Source of the DNA: Octopus vulgaris
Lineage: Eukaryota
Assembly (NCBI GenBank): GCA_951406725.2
Contig: OX597818.1
Location: 51,336,001 to 51,400,000 of the forward strand
Reading direction: 5' to 3'
Length of the DNA: 64,000 bases
Both the position numbers and the translations under genes were made by a program. Shown in pieces: positions 39,434 to 52,534 of the stretch (its first letter is position 1; every line of letters begins with the position of its first letter). The notes under the pieces were generated by a model that did not search any database, was not told the DNA's origin, and saw only the letters and a program-made list of their open reading frames with translations.

Positions 39434-40217
39434 ATATATACAAATATATATTGATAGGGAAACTGAAGCTATGATAGATTATCATGAAAGAAGACAAGAG
39501 TCAGGATGAGATCGCTCACACTCATCAGAGGAACCAGAATTTAAGTCTTTGGTGAGCTGACTTTGATGGAAATATTTGCTGTTCTGTTTGTGCAAGAGAG
39601 AGAGAGAGTGAGATCAACCTCCAATCATGACTGTTACTTATTTTACTAACTTTTTGTTTGACCCTCTGACACACAACAATGTACTACCTACCAATGAGGG
39701 TTTCTCAACATGGCACTCTGACCGACCTGCATGAAATAGAAACTAAATCTCTCTCAAACCACTCCCTAGAACCATAAAATAAAAGGAACAACATACTGAC
39801 ATATTGGATAATGAAGTCCTAGTTACACTCTATCTGAATGAGAAAAAAAAAATAATAATAATCAAAACTAAATGAATAAAAGGGATGGCCAAGGCTGGAA
39901 TGCCTCTGATCAACAAGCCTGTTTATCAGGGCTGATCTGGAGTTAGACTAACAATAGAATGTGTAACGTTAGAAGAGGAGATGGTAACAATTCTCACAAC
40001 TATAGATAGACACACAGACAGACACACAAATTGCACTAAAAAACAGAGACTTACATCTCAAAGAAACAAACCTACAACACAACACTATTACTCCTTATAA
40101 ACAATACACAACTGAGATAAATCAAATGATGTATTCTCTAACAAATGGCTAGGCTTAACACATTCCCCATATAGCTGTAATTTCTAAAGAAGCTCATGCT
40201 ACAGGCCATTGTACCAT

Positions 40218-40654
40218 GTATCTTCAAAGCCACAGTCAAACCAATTCTACTATATGGCTCAGAAACCTGGACGTTACCAAAGAAGCTTGAGAGGCGGTTG
40301 GATGGAACTTACACTCGCCTCCTTATGAGAGCTCAAAATCTCTCGTGGAAGCACCATCCAACCAAAATGCAAATATATGGGAAACTACCACCTGTATCAT
40401 CTCTTGTGAAAGGTAGGAGAGTCCAGTTTGCTGGACATTGTTGTAGAGCTGAAAAACAGGTAATTTCTACTCTTCTCCTCTGGAAGCCATCTGCTCGTGA
40501 TACCAGAGGGCGCACACTCTCCTACCCTGATGTAATCTCCAGGGATACAGGCATCCAGCAACAGGACCTCCGTAATGCCATGATGGACCGTGAAGTCTGG
40601 CGTAGCATAGTAAATTCCATTGTCTCGACCACGGTCGAACAATGATGATGATGA
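40218..40654 (+). mobile_element. RTE-like LINE 3' end
   Basis: IFKATVKPILLYGSETWTL...RRVQFAGHCCR ORF ending in tgatgatgatga. Confidence 0.88.
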
Positions 40655-43139
40655 CCATGTATGCTTCCTCTGTGTTTTGAGGGTGAATAAAAAAAATGCC
40701 AGGAATTTAAAAAAAAAACTTGTGCATTAAATTTGTTTAGAATCTGCTGCTGTTTGGATTATTTGGGTGCATTTTTGCCGGGGAATTAATTGTTTATGAC
40801 ATATCTGTATTTCTAAAATAATAATAATAATAATAATAACACGCACACATATATATTACTCAAAGAAATTCCAACTTTGTATGATTTCCACGTTTTATTT
40901 ACAATCTTATGAGCACTAAGAGCACCATCCGAGCGTGATCGTTGCCAGAGCAGCTAACTAGCGTCTGTGCCGGTGGCATGTAAAAAGCACCATTCAAACG
41001 TGATTGTTACCAGCGTCACCTTACTGGCACTTGTGCCGGTGTGCAGGTGACACGTAAAAAGAGAATACACGATTTTCCGTGACTGTTGCTAGTACCGCCT
41101 GACTGGCCCTCGTGCCGGTGGCACGTAAAAGCACCCACTACACTCTTGGAGTGGTTGGCATTAGGAAGGGCATCCAGATGTAGAAACTCTGCCAAATCAA
41201 GATTGGAGCCTGGTGCAGCCATCTGGTTCGCCAGCCCTCAGTCAAATCATCCAACCCATGCTAGCATGGAAAGCGGACGTTAAACGATGATGATGATGAA
41301 TGAAATGATAGAATATTAAATGTCCATTCTGATTGAACTAGTACTTTCATTTACTACCCACAAGGGGCTAAACACAGAGAAGTCAAACAAGGACAGACAA
41401 ATGGATTAAGTCGATTATATCGACCCAAGTGCGTAACTGGTCCTTAATTTATTGATCCCGAAAGGATGAAAGGCAATGTCGACCTTGGTGGAATTTGAAC
41501 TCAGAACGTAAAGACAGACGAAATACCACTGAGCATTTTGCCCAGCATGCTAACGTTTCTGCCAGCTTGCTGTCTTTTTAAAGCCACAAATTTAATAACA
41601 AAGATGTGACCAGCTTTTCAAAGTTCCAAAATGTTATAACGAAAATATATGATGAACTTCCCTAAGTCGTATATGTTATAACACAAAAAAAAAAAAAAGA
41701 ATATGTGATAAGCTTTTCACAGTCACAAATGTCGGAACAAAAATATATCATCTGCACATAAGGTTGGGACGGGGTGGGGGTGGGGGTGGAGGTTGATTTA
41801 GCAGATGCACAACAGCAGGGGGGGTAACAAGCAGTAAGCATTAATTTCACCATCAGCCAGCAGGCATAGAGGTAAAGGGGTTACAACTAGGAATCACTGT
41901 TTGCATCCCCCACAAGCAATGCAACGACAACAGACAACACCAACCACCACCACCACCACCACTATTATCACTACTATCATCATCACCACCACTGCTGCTG
42001 CTGCTGCTACTAAATTCGCTGCCTAAAGGTACTATTCAATCCAAGCTGACAATGCATACATGTTGCTATACTTACTGAATAAGAACCACAGCATCTACAA
42101 AGTAGTTACAAAAATGATATAAAGAATAATTATTATTACAATTTATTTGTATATCACCATCATCATCATCATCATCGTCGTCGTCGTCTTTCTAATGTCC
42201 ACACATAGGTCGGATGGAATTTGTTGAGGCAAGATCTTCTTGGGGTTAGATGCCCTTCCTGCAGACAACCCTCACTGGTTTTCCAAGCATGCTAACGTCT
42301 CCCCATGATCAGACAGGTTTCCACGGAAGACTGGAAACAAAGAGTACTCTTTGACTCTTTTACTCGCTTCAGTCATTTGACTGTGGCCATGCTGGAGCAC
42401 CGCCTTTAGTCGAGCAAATCGACCCCCAGGACTTATTCTTTGAAAGCCTAGTACTTATTCTACTGGTCTCTTTTGCCGAACCGTTAAGTTACGGGGATGT
42501 AAACACACCAGCATCGGTTGTCAAGTGATGTTTGGGGGGGGACAAACTCAGATACAGAAACATATACACGACAGGCTTTTTTCAGTTTCCGTCTACCAAA
42601 TCCACTCACAAGGCATTGGTCGGCCTGAGGCTATAGTAGAAGACACTTGCCCAAGGTGCCACGCAGTACCACTTGCATCACAATGTCATTCATTTACGGC
42701 TGTCACGTGATGTCAGGGCAAGGAGACAATAAAACACACATGCAAAAAAAGGATGTTAAAATGATGACGACGACGACGACGATGATGATGATACAATGGG
42801 CTTTCAAACAGTTTCCACCGACCAAATCCACTCACCAGCCTGGGGCTATAGTAGAAGCTGCTTGCCCAATGGTGCCACGCAGGGGTTCTGAACCTGAAAC
42901 CATGTGGTTGGGAAACATGTAGACCAACTTTGCATGGCTTTTTGTTTTGCTCGAATTGCCCTTTTTAATTTGTTTTTTACTACAATGATGATTTCCTTTC
43001 TTTTTCCAGTTTCTCTCCGTCTTTTCTCTTCTCTTTCCACTCTATCCAAAGAAGGGCAATGTCCAAAATGTCATAACAATTAATTCTTTCTTTCACTCTG
43101 AGCATCAAACTATTAGTTTTCACTGGAAACTTAACTCAT

Positions 43140-43595
43140 CTTATTTCTTTACTGCCCACAAGGGGCTAAACATAGAGGGGACAACCATGGACAGACAAAG
43201 GGATTAACCCTTTAGTGTTCAGATTACTCTGTTAAATGTAATACTTTTCCACTCAAATTGTTTGAATTAATCATGCATTATCTTATAGCTTTGAGGTTTC
43301 AATGATGTGATTGTTTATATTTAGAATGACATTGTCGGGTAGGTGTGAGAGGCTAGATACTGCCAGTTTGAATATAAAACATGTAGAATATCTGGGCCAG
43401 ATATGGCCGGTTTAAACACTAAAGGGTTAAGTCGATTACATCGACCCCAGTGCGTAACTGGTCCTTAATTTATCGACCCTGAAAGGATGAAAGGCAAAGG
43501 CGACCTCGGTGGAATTTGAACTCAGAATGTAAAGATAGACAAAATACCGCTAAGCATTTCGCCCGGCATGCTAACGTTTCTGCCAGCTCACCACC
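43140..43595 (-). mobile_element. Family B SINE split by a piggyBac-type MITE (43204-43430) at its TTAA
   Basis: gga-ttaa[MITE]ttaa-gtcgattac restores the SINE consensus ggattaagtcgattac. Confidence 0.85.
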
Positions 43596-43642
43596 TTTGC
43601 TGTTATTTTGAATTTGTTTTGTTCTTTGCCACACACACACAC

Positions 43643-43781
43643 CAGTGTTTCTCAACCTTTTTACCCTTGCGTAACCCTTAAATAAATTACATGTCTCAAG
43701 GAACCCTTGGACAAAAAAAAAATTATATACCATATCTTTCTCATATTTTTTTCATCGTAGTTCACATGGTAAATACCTTAT

Positions 43782-43858
<77 letters not shown>

Positions 43859-44375
43859 CATACATACATACATATATATATATAAGAAAAGAATAAATGA
43901 ATATATATAAACCATGGTTTATATAGTTACCTTGCAGTTGAGTATTAACTGTAATGTTCAACATTCTTTGTATAGGTAACTAACCAGTGCATTCATAGGG
44001 TTTTGCTATCCCTTAATGAGGTTTGTAACCTTTATTTGTACTTCTGCATATATATAGATATAAACTATCATATATATATATATATATATATATATCGTGC
44101 CGGTGGCACGTAAAATGCACCAATCCGACCGTGGCCGTTGCCAGACTTGCCTGGTACCTGTGCAGGTGGCACGTAAAAAGCACCCACTACACTCACGGAG
44201 AGGTTGGCGTTAGGAAGGGCATCCAGGTGTAGAAACACTGCCAGATCAGACTGGAGCCTGGTGCAGCCTTATGGCTTCCCAGATCCCCAGTTGAACCGTC
44301 CAACCCATGCTAGCACGGAAAACGGACGTTAAACGATGATGATGATGATGATGATGATATGATATTTACCATGTG

Positions 44376-44420
<45 letters not shown>

Positions 44421-44618
44421 TATTTTTTTGATAACATAATAGGTTAGATAGGATGATGCCTATATAACAATATTACAATAACCAATGATATGTTGTGCAT
44501 GTACAGTAATATTATGATCATGAAATTAGCATTAGCTTATCTCAGTCTTTCTCGTAGAACCCCTAGGAACCTTTTGCAGGACCCTAGAGTTCTGGGGAAC
44601 CCCAGCTGAGAAACGGTG
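43643..44618. mobile_element. hAT-like non-autonomous element with a nested family C SINE (44097-44358) and TA microsatellites
   Basis: cagtgtttctcaac...gctgagaaacggtg termini inside a (CA)n tract. Confidence 0.65.
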
Positions 44619-46325
44619 GACACACACACACACACACACGTTTAGTAAGAATTTCAATCCGAAACCATGAGAAGAAACTAATATTGTTGTATCAAACCCT
44701 ACAACATGGTCACTTTGGTTTTAGCCATAATCCCCAAAATTTAAACAGTTCATGAAGGTCACCAGAAAAATTGGTATCCATGGTGACAATATTATAACAT
44801 TGGCTTTTCTATGCTTGCATGTATTGGGTGAAATTCACTGAAGTAAATTTTCTCTGACCGGATGCTTTCCCTGTCACCAACATTCACCCATCTTCAAGCA
44901 AGGTAGTATTTTCTATATACACTTTCAAACAATAACAGTATGATGGCCGGACATGTTTTTACAGCAGATTGTATATTAGCAAGTACATCATTCATTTATA
45001 CTTAGAGTAAAATGCCAAGATAAAGAGACACAAACACACACAAAAAACAGGCTTCTTTCAGTTTCTGTCTTCTGAACCCACTCGACAAGCCTTCGGTTGG
45101 CTCAGGCGACAGTGGAAGACACTTCCTCAAGGTGCTATGTTGAGGGATTGAACCTAGAACAGTCTGATCATGAAACAAATTTCTTAACTACACAGCTATG
45201 TCCATCTTTGTACTGAAAATTTTTGGAACTCTAAGTAACAACAAAAACAGCAATCAGTGTGAGTATTTATAAGCATTAAAAGACTCTTACAAAACAAGAC
45301 TATCTCTCTCTCTCTCTCTCCCTCCCTAATTATAGTTCCTTGTCACTCAATAATCAATATTACGATCTGTAAGGAGTAAAGACCTGCTTCGGTCATGAAT
45401 GACCATGGGATTGCACTTAGAATGTTACCCTCTGAGGCACAAGTTTGGGCAAGGTTGTTTATGGAAGACCAGCAGTTGCCCATGCATGCCAGCCTCTCCT
45501 CTCCATGTCACCAATATTATCCCAGGGAAAGGCAAAGGCCAATACCTCATAGAATTCAAGCTGTAATTACTACCAAAGGCGGTCCTACCCAATATTAAAA
45601 TAAATTTGTTTGAAATCTTAAGGTGTTTCCATTATTTTGTCAAACCCCTGAAAGTGTGTGTATGTGTGTGTATGCAACTCATTTCTACAACTGAGTGAAC
45701 TGGAGCAACATAAAATAAAGTGTCTTGCTCAAGAACACAACACGCAGCCTGGTTCGGGAATCGAACTCACCACCTCATGATTGTGAGCCCCGATGTTTTA
45801 ACCACTGAGCCATGTGCCGCCATGATCTGTACTTAATGCTTTGTTCTAAAGCACATGTATATGGAGTCCTAACAACTGGTTATTAGTTTAAGCAAAATCA
45901 TAACACACACATGTGCACTCGCACGATGAGCCTCTTTCAGTTTCTGCTTACCAAATCCACTCACAAGACTTTGGTAAGATGCAATGCAGTGGGGACTGAA
46001 CCTGGAACCATGTGGTTCGGAAGCAAACCTCTTACCACACAGCCTTGTCCTCTCTCTGTCTCTCTTACTCTTTTACTTGTTTCAGTCATTTGACTGTGGC
46101 CATGCTGGAGCACCGCCTTTAGTTGAACACATCGACCCCAGGACTTATTCGTTGTAAGCCTAGTACTTATTCTATCGGTCTCTTTTGCTGAACCGCTAAC
46201 TTATGGGGACGTAAACACACCAGTATCAGTTGTCAAGCGATGTTGGGGGGGGGGACAAACACAGACACACAAACATATATAAACACACACATACATATAT
46301 ATACACACACACATGTATAAATATA

Positions 46326-46374
<49 letters not shown>

Positions 46375-46961
46375 GATGGGCTTCTTTCAGTTTTTGTCTA
46401 CCAAATCCACTCACAAGGCTTTGGTTGGCCTGAGGCTATAGTAGAAGACACTTGCCCAAGGCGCCACACAGTGGGACTGAACCTGGAACCATGTAGTTTG
46501 CAAGGAAGCTACTTACCACACAGCCACTACACCTATTGGTTGAATATTGCTCTGTTCATCTTCAATTCTAACCCATTTCTATAGAATTCATAAGTTGATA
46601 GCCATAACAGAAATACACTGACATAATTCATATAGGTGTACGAAACAAGGTGTAGCATGACACAAGAATCCAGCACCATTTTGTACAAGATCTTGCAGTC
46701 AGCCATAACCATGTCTGAGACAAGAGCGAGATCTTGCCTACAACCATTTTGCCATGCGCAAGACCATAGCGAGATTCCCGTCGGCAACGACTATTTAAGC
46801 AGGCGTATTAAGGCATTCAGTCTCTCTTCTCCTTCTTGCTTATGCTGGGAGACACTGCAAGCTGGCAGCTCATAGCAGATTCTCATCCTGCTCTAACTTC
46901 ACCCGTTATCTCCAGAGGTAATGTACCTCATGTGAGTGGAGCAATAACGAACTACGTGCTG

Positions 46962-47056
46962 TCACCGGGAACAAGCCACATGAATGAGAACTAAAATAAA
47001 CAACCATTGAATTGCATCTGCTTGCAAGCTTCTTCTTTGAGTTCCAGATCCTAAGA
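46962..47056 (-). other. Candidate alternative exon (ILGSGTQRRSLQADAIQWLFILVLIHVACSR*)
   Basis: ttattttctgtag acceptor, open in phase 1 for 31 codons, at the start of a ~500-nt unique island; no transcript evidence. Confidence 0.3.
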
Positions 47057-48693
47057 CTACAGAAAATAATTGTAATGGGAGAAGGAGATACTCTGCAGAT
47101 ATCATGAATCTTCGATTCCATTATACAGACATTAAATATAAAAATGATGAGGACATCATTTCTGTGGCTATTGTTGTTGTTAAATAGCTTTTGGTTTCTG
47201 TGCTGGTGGCACGTAAAAGGCACCATTTGAGCATGAATGTTACCAGCATCACCTTACTGGCACCTGTGCCAGTGGCATGTGTAAAAAGATTTGAGCGAGG
47301 TCGTTGCCAGTACCGCCAGACTGGATCCCATGCCGGTGGCACGTAAAAGAACCCACTACACTCTCAGAGTGGTTGGCATTAGGAAGGGCATCCAGCTTTA
47401 GAAACTCTGCCAGATCAAGATTGGAGCCTGGTGCAGCCATCTGGTTCGCCAGCCCTCAGTCAAATCGTCCAACCCATGCTAGCATGGAAAGCGGACGTTA
47501 AACGATGATGATGATGATTAGCTTTAAACGAAGCAAACTTAAGACACGAAAGAAGCTAATGGAAAATTCTAGAGGGTTCAATTGGCATCCAAGTCACAGC
47601 CGCTCCATTTTGGTTCTGAGAACTCAATTCTGAAATTACAAGTGGTTCTCATTTTAAAAACAACGATAGGAGGAAAAGTTAAGATTTTGTTGGTATATTA
47701 AACAATTCTTGCAACAATGTATGAATTATCTAACTATTGGTGATGTTGGCATTCAACAAACATTACAAAAGGGCTTTTCTTGTCCCCTGGTTCTTAATCC
47801 TTCCTTTGGAACTCTATGATTTCAAACATCTCTACAGGCTCAACCATAATTGTCTGTGTTTAGCTCATCCGTCCTTGTTGTACCGTAGATCAGACTGTCC
47901 AAAGTAGCCTTTTCCCACTGAAAATATGGATAATCCACCTATGATAGTGCTATGAACAGTAGTTTTTAAAAATCATTTCCAGTCTCTGAACTGTGGCCAT
48001 ACTGGAGCACCAGCTTCTAACTTGTAGTTGAGTTCATTGACCTTCAGTACTTATTTTATTGACTCTAAAAGGATTAAAAGGAAACCGAACCTGGATGATG
48101 GGATTTGAACTGAGAAATACCTGAAATTCTACAGATCCAGCCATTTGTCCTGTATAATCTAAATGGTTATGCAAAAATCAAAATTTGTAGAACCATCCAA
48201 CCCAGGTTTGAAATACACATACACAATCAAACCAAATCAAATCAGATATCAGAGAGCAGAACCAAAATCGAAGTCGATCAACATCAATGGAAATTGCAGC
48301 TGTGGTTTAAGCAAACCATCCGATTGTGGTCGTTGCCAGCGCCGCCCCAACTGGCCTCCGTGCCGGTGGCACGTAAAAGCACCATCCGTTCGTGGCCGTT
48401 TGCCAGCTCCGTCTGGCACCTGTGTGGGTGGTACGTAAAAAGCACCATCCGTTCGTGGCTGTTTGCCAGCTCCATCTGGCACCTGTGCAGGTGGCACGTA
48501 AAAATCACCCACTACACTCGTGGAGTGGTTGGCGTTAGGAAGGGCATCCAGCCGTAGAAACACTGCCAGATCAGACTGGGCCTGATGCAGCCTTCTGGCT
48601 TCACAGACCCCAGTTAAACCGTCCAACCCATACTAGCATGGAAAAAGGACATTAAACAATGATGATGATAATGATGATGACAATCAGCTAACA

Positions 48694-49211
48694 CAGTGGT
48701 TCTCAACCATTTTTTAAATTTATTTATGGACCCCTTTGATAATTATTTTATTTTGCTGGACCCACATAGGCATTCTATATTTAAAAACTAGTTTCATAGG
48801 TGCCTCTTTCAAAATTCCCATTTTGCCGTTCACACATTAACTTGTCAAGGTTGAACTATATAAAACGTTTATGAAAGAAACTGGGCTATTTCCTGCAACA
48901 AATACACCTGAATCAAAATTTCTTTACAGACCCTTAATACACTACTGTCGATAAGGCGGCGAGCTGGCAGAAACGTTAGCATGCCGGGCGAAATGCGTAG
49001 CCGTATTTCGTCTGTCGTTACGTTCCGAGTTCAAATTCCGCCGAGGTCGACTTTGCCTTTCATCTTTTCGGGGTCGACAAATTAAGTACCAGTTGCGTAC
49101 TGGGGTCGATGTAATCGACTTAATCCGTTTGTCTGTCCTTGTTTGTCCCCTCTGTGTTTAGCCCCTTGTGGGTAGTTAAGAAATCAATACACTACTGTTG
49201 AGAACCAATAG
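48694..49211. mobile_element. hAT-like MITE with a nested family B SINE (~48955-49183)
   Basis: cagtggttctcaac...gttgagaaccaata termini; aatacactactgt duplicated around the SINE. Confidence 0.7.
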
Positions 49212-50007
49212 TCTAACCAATTACTAATTAGTGACTAATCAATGATCCCTTCAACCAAGTAAGTCTAGTGGAAATAAAAAAACCCCAAACAAACCAAAAT
49301 AAAAACAAAAAAAAACATGGTTGTTGAAGAATGGCTTAAGCAGAACATCGGGGAACTAGAAAAAAAGCCAGTATTAGGTGAAGGGAAATGCTTACTACAA
49401 GGAAGTGAGATTATCACAAGCTCTTTGATTAGCTACTAGTGATTTATTACTATTTGTTGTTTTAATTGAAAGCAATATTAGTAATACCCGAGTATTTTAA
49501 ATGTGGATGTTTGCGGCTGTCTCTGCTGAGAATGGGATTTTCAGACAAGAGGGATGTATGCTTGTGTATAACATTGTAGCATTTTGAGTGAGTGAGTGTG
49601 TGCGTGTGAGGGAGAGAGAAGCAAGTATGTATGTGAGAGGGAGTGAGTGTTTTATTTAGTCCAAAGTGAAACCTGATCAAACGAATGTATAACGAAAAGT
49701 GATCCAGCTACAACCACCCCCATCTCATTTTAAGTGTGTATAGGGACTACATTATCCGATGTGTCCGCTCCTTCAGGATGTTTGTGCATAACTTATGATA
49801 GGTTTAGCTGCTAAGGGTCTTTCTTGCTGGCTTGCGAGTAAGATGTATGTGTGTGTGTGTATGAGAGAGAGAAAGAAAGAGGGAGTGTGTGTATTATGTG
49901 TATGACAATAAGACCATTTTGCACATGTAGGGGAGTAGGGTTATTTTGTGTATAGTAGATAGGGTACATTTGGTGTGAGTGAGTGCATGAAGCGATGTAT
50001 AGATGGA

Positions 50008-50045
<38 letters not shown>

Positions 50046-50048
<3 letters not shown>

Positions 50049-50392
50049 TAGAAGAAATGAGGTACTCAGAAATCTGGATGGTTTTATATTTACAGATATT
50101 TATAAGTATGTTACATGTTTTTATAAATCACTTATCATATATTAGTGCTTTCGTCCACTCTAGTGGAGTTTTCAATTTGAAATTTAAGAGTCTGTAAAGA
50201 AATTTCGATTCAGATGTATTTGTTGCAAGAATTAGCCCAGTTTCTTTCATAAACATTTCAAATTGAAAACTCCACTAGAGTGGACGAAAGCGCTAATATA
50301 TGATATATGATTTATAAAAATATTTAACATACTAACAAATATCTGTAAATATAAAACCATCCAGATTTCTGAGTACCTCATTTCTTCTAATA
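50046..50392. mobile_element. Inverted-repeat element (~140-bp arms), probably Penelope-derived, with a hammerhead-like motif in each arm
   Basis: Arms are reverse complements; ttgaaaa-c-tccac-taga-gtgga-c-gaaa-gcgc-ta at 50263-50295. Confidence 0.7.
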
Positions 50393-50744
50393 TATAATAC
50401 CTGTACATCATCTCCAAACCTTCTAATATATATATATATATGTATGTATGTATGTATGGGTGTGTGTGTGTGTGTGTGTGTGTGTAAGTATGTGTGAACA
50501 AGTGAGCAAATTTAGTTCTATGAAACCTGAATAATTAAAAGAGCAAAGTGGTTGCATGAAAAGTAGGCAGGAGGGTAGCAAGTTTTGTGATACTCACCAT
50601 GGTTTATCTGCAATCTAACAAGAGCGTTCATAAGTTTTTAGAACAACAATGTCAACATCTTCAAACATATATTAATATAAGGCCTACCACACATTCATTA
50701 GCCCCGATTGAGTTCTTAATCACATTTTCACAGACTGTACTTAT

Positions 50745-51170
50745 TACCAAGTCCTTTGTGAGCTGCTCTCCGGCTATCTATCTGAGGCTTTATATAGCTA
50801 TGGTGCAGCCTCACCTGGAATTTGCATCACCGGTCTGGAACCCCTATCTTTAACAGGATATTAATCATCTGGAAGCTGTTCAGCAACGTGCAACCAAGAG
50901 AATACCCTCCATCAGGCATTTGCCATATTATGAACGCCTTACTTGCCTGGGCATGGATACATTGAAACTGCGACGTCTGGCAGCTGACTTGGTAGACACC
51001 CATAAAATTATTAACCATCTTACAAACAATAACTCTGAGCACCTTTTCAAACTCCATCTGTCTAACACCCGTGGACATGTTTACAAAGTCATAAAACAGC
51101 ACAGACCCCATGACTTTCGGAAACATTTTTTCACGTTAAGAGTTGCTGAAGCATGGAACAAACTGCCGGC
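50745..51170 (+). mobile_element. CR1/L2-like LINE ORF2 3' fragment
   Basis: YIAMVQPHLEFASPVWNPY, LEAVQQRATK, YYERL..LG, TRGH, RKHFFTLRV...WNKLP motifs; contains an in-frame stop. Confidence 0.85.
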
Positions 51171-52143
51171 TTTAACGAATCTTCCAGCATCTTTTTTAAC
51201 TTTCCTCAAACTACATCTGTAACATCCCCCACTCAGCTGTGCCTTGCCTTTCTACTTAATACTGTCTGTGTAAAGATTCATTCAAATAAATTTCTTTTTT
51301 TATACCTCTGTATGAAATGTTAAATTAAATCCTCATTTTACATCAACACAATCATACATAACACACGTGTCGGGGGTACGTAAAAATCACCATTCAAGCA
51401 TGGACGATGCCAGTGCTGGTGGCATGTAAAAAGCACCATTTGAGCGTGGTTGATGTCAGTGCTGGTGGCATATAAAAACCACCATTCAAGCATGGTCGAT
51501 GACAGTGCTACCTGACTGCCCTGCCCACATGCCGGTGGGATGTAAAAAGCACCCACTACACTCTCAGAGTGGTTGGCATTAGGAAGGGCATCCAGTTGTA
51601 GAAATCTTGCCAGCTCAGATTGGAGCCTGGTACAGCCTCCTGGCTTGCCAGTCCTCAGTCAAATTGTCCAACTCATGCCAGCATGGAAAGCAGATGTTAA
51701 ACAATGATGATGTATATGTGTGTGTGTGTATATACATATACACATAAATATTCATTTGTCTCAAGGAATGTGATAGCAATGAATATTTTTTCTCTTCTTT
51801 ATACACCAAGAAACACACACACACTTTGAATTATCTCTTATCAATACACTGACTACCAGCAGTTTTCTTATCATTTTAACATTTCACAGTTAAAAACAGA
51901 AAAGGGAGAAACAACATAAACTAAATTGTTAATTAATTAATTATTTTCTTATTTATATTTTGTAGCTGCATGTATCATCTCTTGGCATTAAACTAAATGA
52001 ACAGGCAGGTGTGTATCTAAAGGTGACGGGAGGTGTGAACAATGAACAAGATATACATCAACATGTGTAGCTATAGGAAAACAAAGAGCTAAGCACGGAT
52101 ATACATTGAATAGTGAAACTAGACATAAACATATATAAATATA

Positions 52144-52534
52144 CTAGCAGTATCGCCTGGCGTTGCTCGGGTTTGTTTCGACCCTTTCGAATTGGAATTT
52201 TTGAAAAGTAAAAATTTTGCATTATGTAGCTTGTTATTCTCTTTAAGTGAACATTTTTCTGGTTGAAATACACCGAAAAATGGCGACACAGCAGTCAAAA
52301 AATCGTTAAAAAATCGGGATTTTCATAGAAAAAAAGCATCTTTTTGATGTAAATAATTTTTGGTGTTAACATGGGCCGATTTGAATTTTTTCTTCTATGA
52401 AATGAAGAGCAAGCCTTCTTCTATCATACTCTCAATTTTGGTCAACTTGCGCCACAGGGTCTCGGAGGAGATAGCGTTAGTTGAAGGCTACCAAACTTGC
52501 CACACACAGACAATTTCAGCTTTATATATATAGA
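52144..52534 (-). mobile_element. Non-autonomous Helitron
   Basis: On the minus strand: 5'-TC(TA)n start, subterminal GC hairpin cccgagcaacgccagg, 3'-CTAG end, inserted between A and T with no TSD. Confidence 0.8.

Noticed and set aside
41760-42030. Phase-compatible S/G/D-rich frame on the minus strand and an adjacent G4-like tract
   Set aside because: Weak acceptor, and the open frame is explained by trinucleotide microsatellites
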